Source: an uncultured delta proteobacterium (lineage in GTDB: Bacteria > Myxococcota_A > Polyangia > Polyangiales > JAFGIB01). From it: a stretch of 64,000 nt of DNA. The stretch is from the NCBI GenBank assembly GCA_963778655.1, contig CAVZVA010000009.1, positions 256,001 to 320,000 of the forward strand. The letters are read 5' to 3'. The notes under the pieces are model-generated. The model made no database searches and was not told the origin of the DNA. It saw only the letters and a list, made by a program, of their open reading frames with translations. Shown here piece after piece: positions 63,629 to 64,000 of the stretch. The first letter of the stretch is position 1. Each line of letters begins with the position of its first letter. The position numbers and the translations under genes are program-made.

Positions 63629-64000
63629 GGCTCGGCCCCCGAGGCGGTCTTCTTCTTGCCCTTGGTGTCGTCGCCTTCTCCCGGACACTGCACGACCGCC
63701 TCGATCTGGTAGTTGATGCGGGCGTTGGTGCCGGCCGGGCTGGTGCGCCCGAGCTGAATGTCGCGGAAGCAAGGGTGCTTTTCGAGCTGGCTGACGATGT
63801 CGTCGCGTTGCACCAGCGAAGACAGTACCCCCTGCAGCTCCAGGCGACCCTCGCGCTTCTCGTCGGCGACCTCGATCACGAGTCGGCGCACTTCGTGGCT
63901 GATGTCTTGCTTGATCGCGTCGGAGACGGCGGCGAGCGCATCGAAGGCGTCGAAGCGCGGCAGCGGATCGTTCGAGCGCGGATTGCGCGCCAGCGTTTCG
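63625..64000 (-). CDS. GspL/PilN-like protein, C-terminal part (truncated by the window edge)
   Basis: Open frame to the window end; PilN-like 'LELQG...LEKHPCFRDIQ'; overlaps the gspM start. Confidence 0.6.
   Translation of the reverse strand, partial: ETLARNPRSNDPLPRFDAFDALAAVSDAIKQDISHEVRRLVIEVADEKREGRLELQGVLSSLVQRDDIVSQLEKHPCFRDIQLGRTSPAGTNARINYQIEAVVQCPGEGDDTKGKKKTASGAEP

Overview
A very GC-rich bacterial chromosomal segment, most likely Myxococcota (Polyangia-like). This assignment rests on a MYXO-CTERM-like tail, a TraB-like OmpA, a giant TPR protein, an RpoH-box sigma factor and deltaproteobacterial-type dprA-topA-trmFO-xerC-hslVU-argBDF(G) synteny. Most genes are housekeeping or envelope genes (mutM-like, argG, pdxH, csp, panD, tRNA-Leu(UAA), mtnP, rsmI, gspLMN). 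I see no prophage, transposase or CRISPR. The strongest signal is a two-gene operon at 4514-7244, with a candidate sigma54 promoter and a terminator. It encodes paralogous lipoproteins whose 26 central cysteines have perfectly mirror-symmetric spacing, which implies a ~190-aa disulfide-laddered hairpin. The window also carries several small structured repeats: a 193-bp CTAG/TA MITE inserted at stop codons, a REP-like family amplified into a 99-bp tandem array behind tRNA-Leu, a GGGAAG-unit palindrome family, and a 165-bp palindrome inserted in frame in the Fpg gene. Other points of interest are a J-protein/DnaK/partner module splitting the arg operon, a pan-motif-like leader before panD, an orphan SctL/FliH coupled to a site-2 protease, several probable leaderless promoters, and two single-base frameshifts that may be assembly errors. 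All calls come from reading motifs by eye; no database searches were run.
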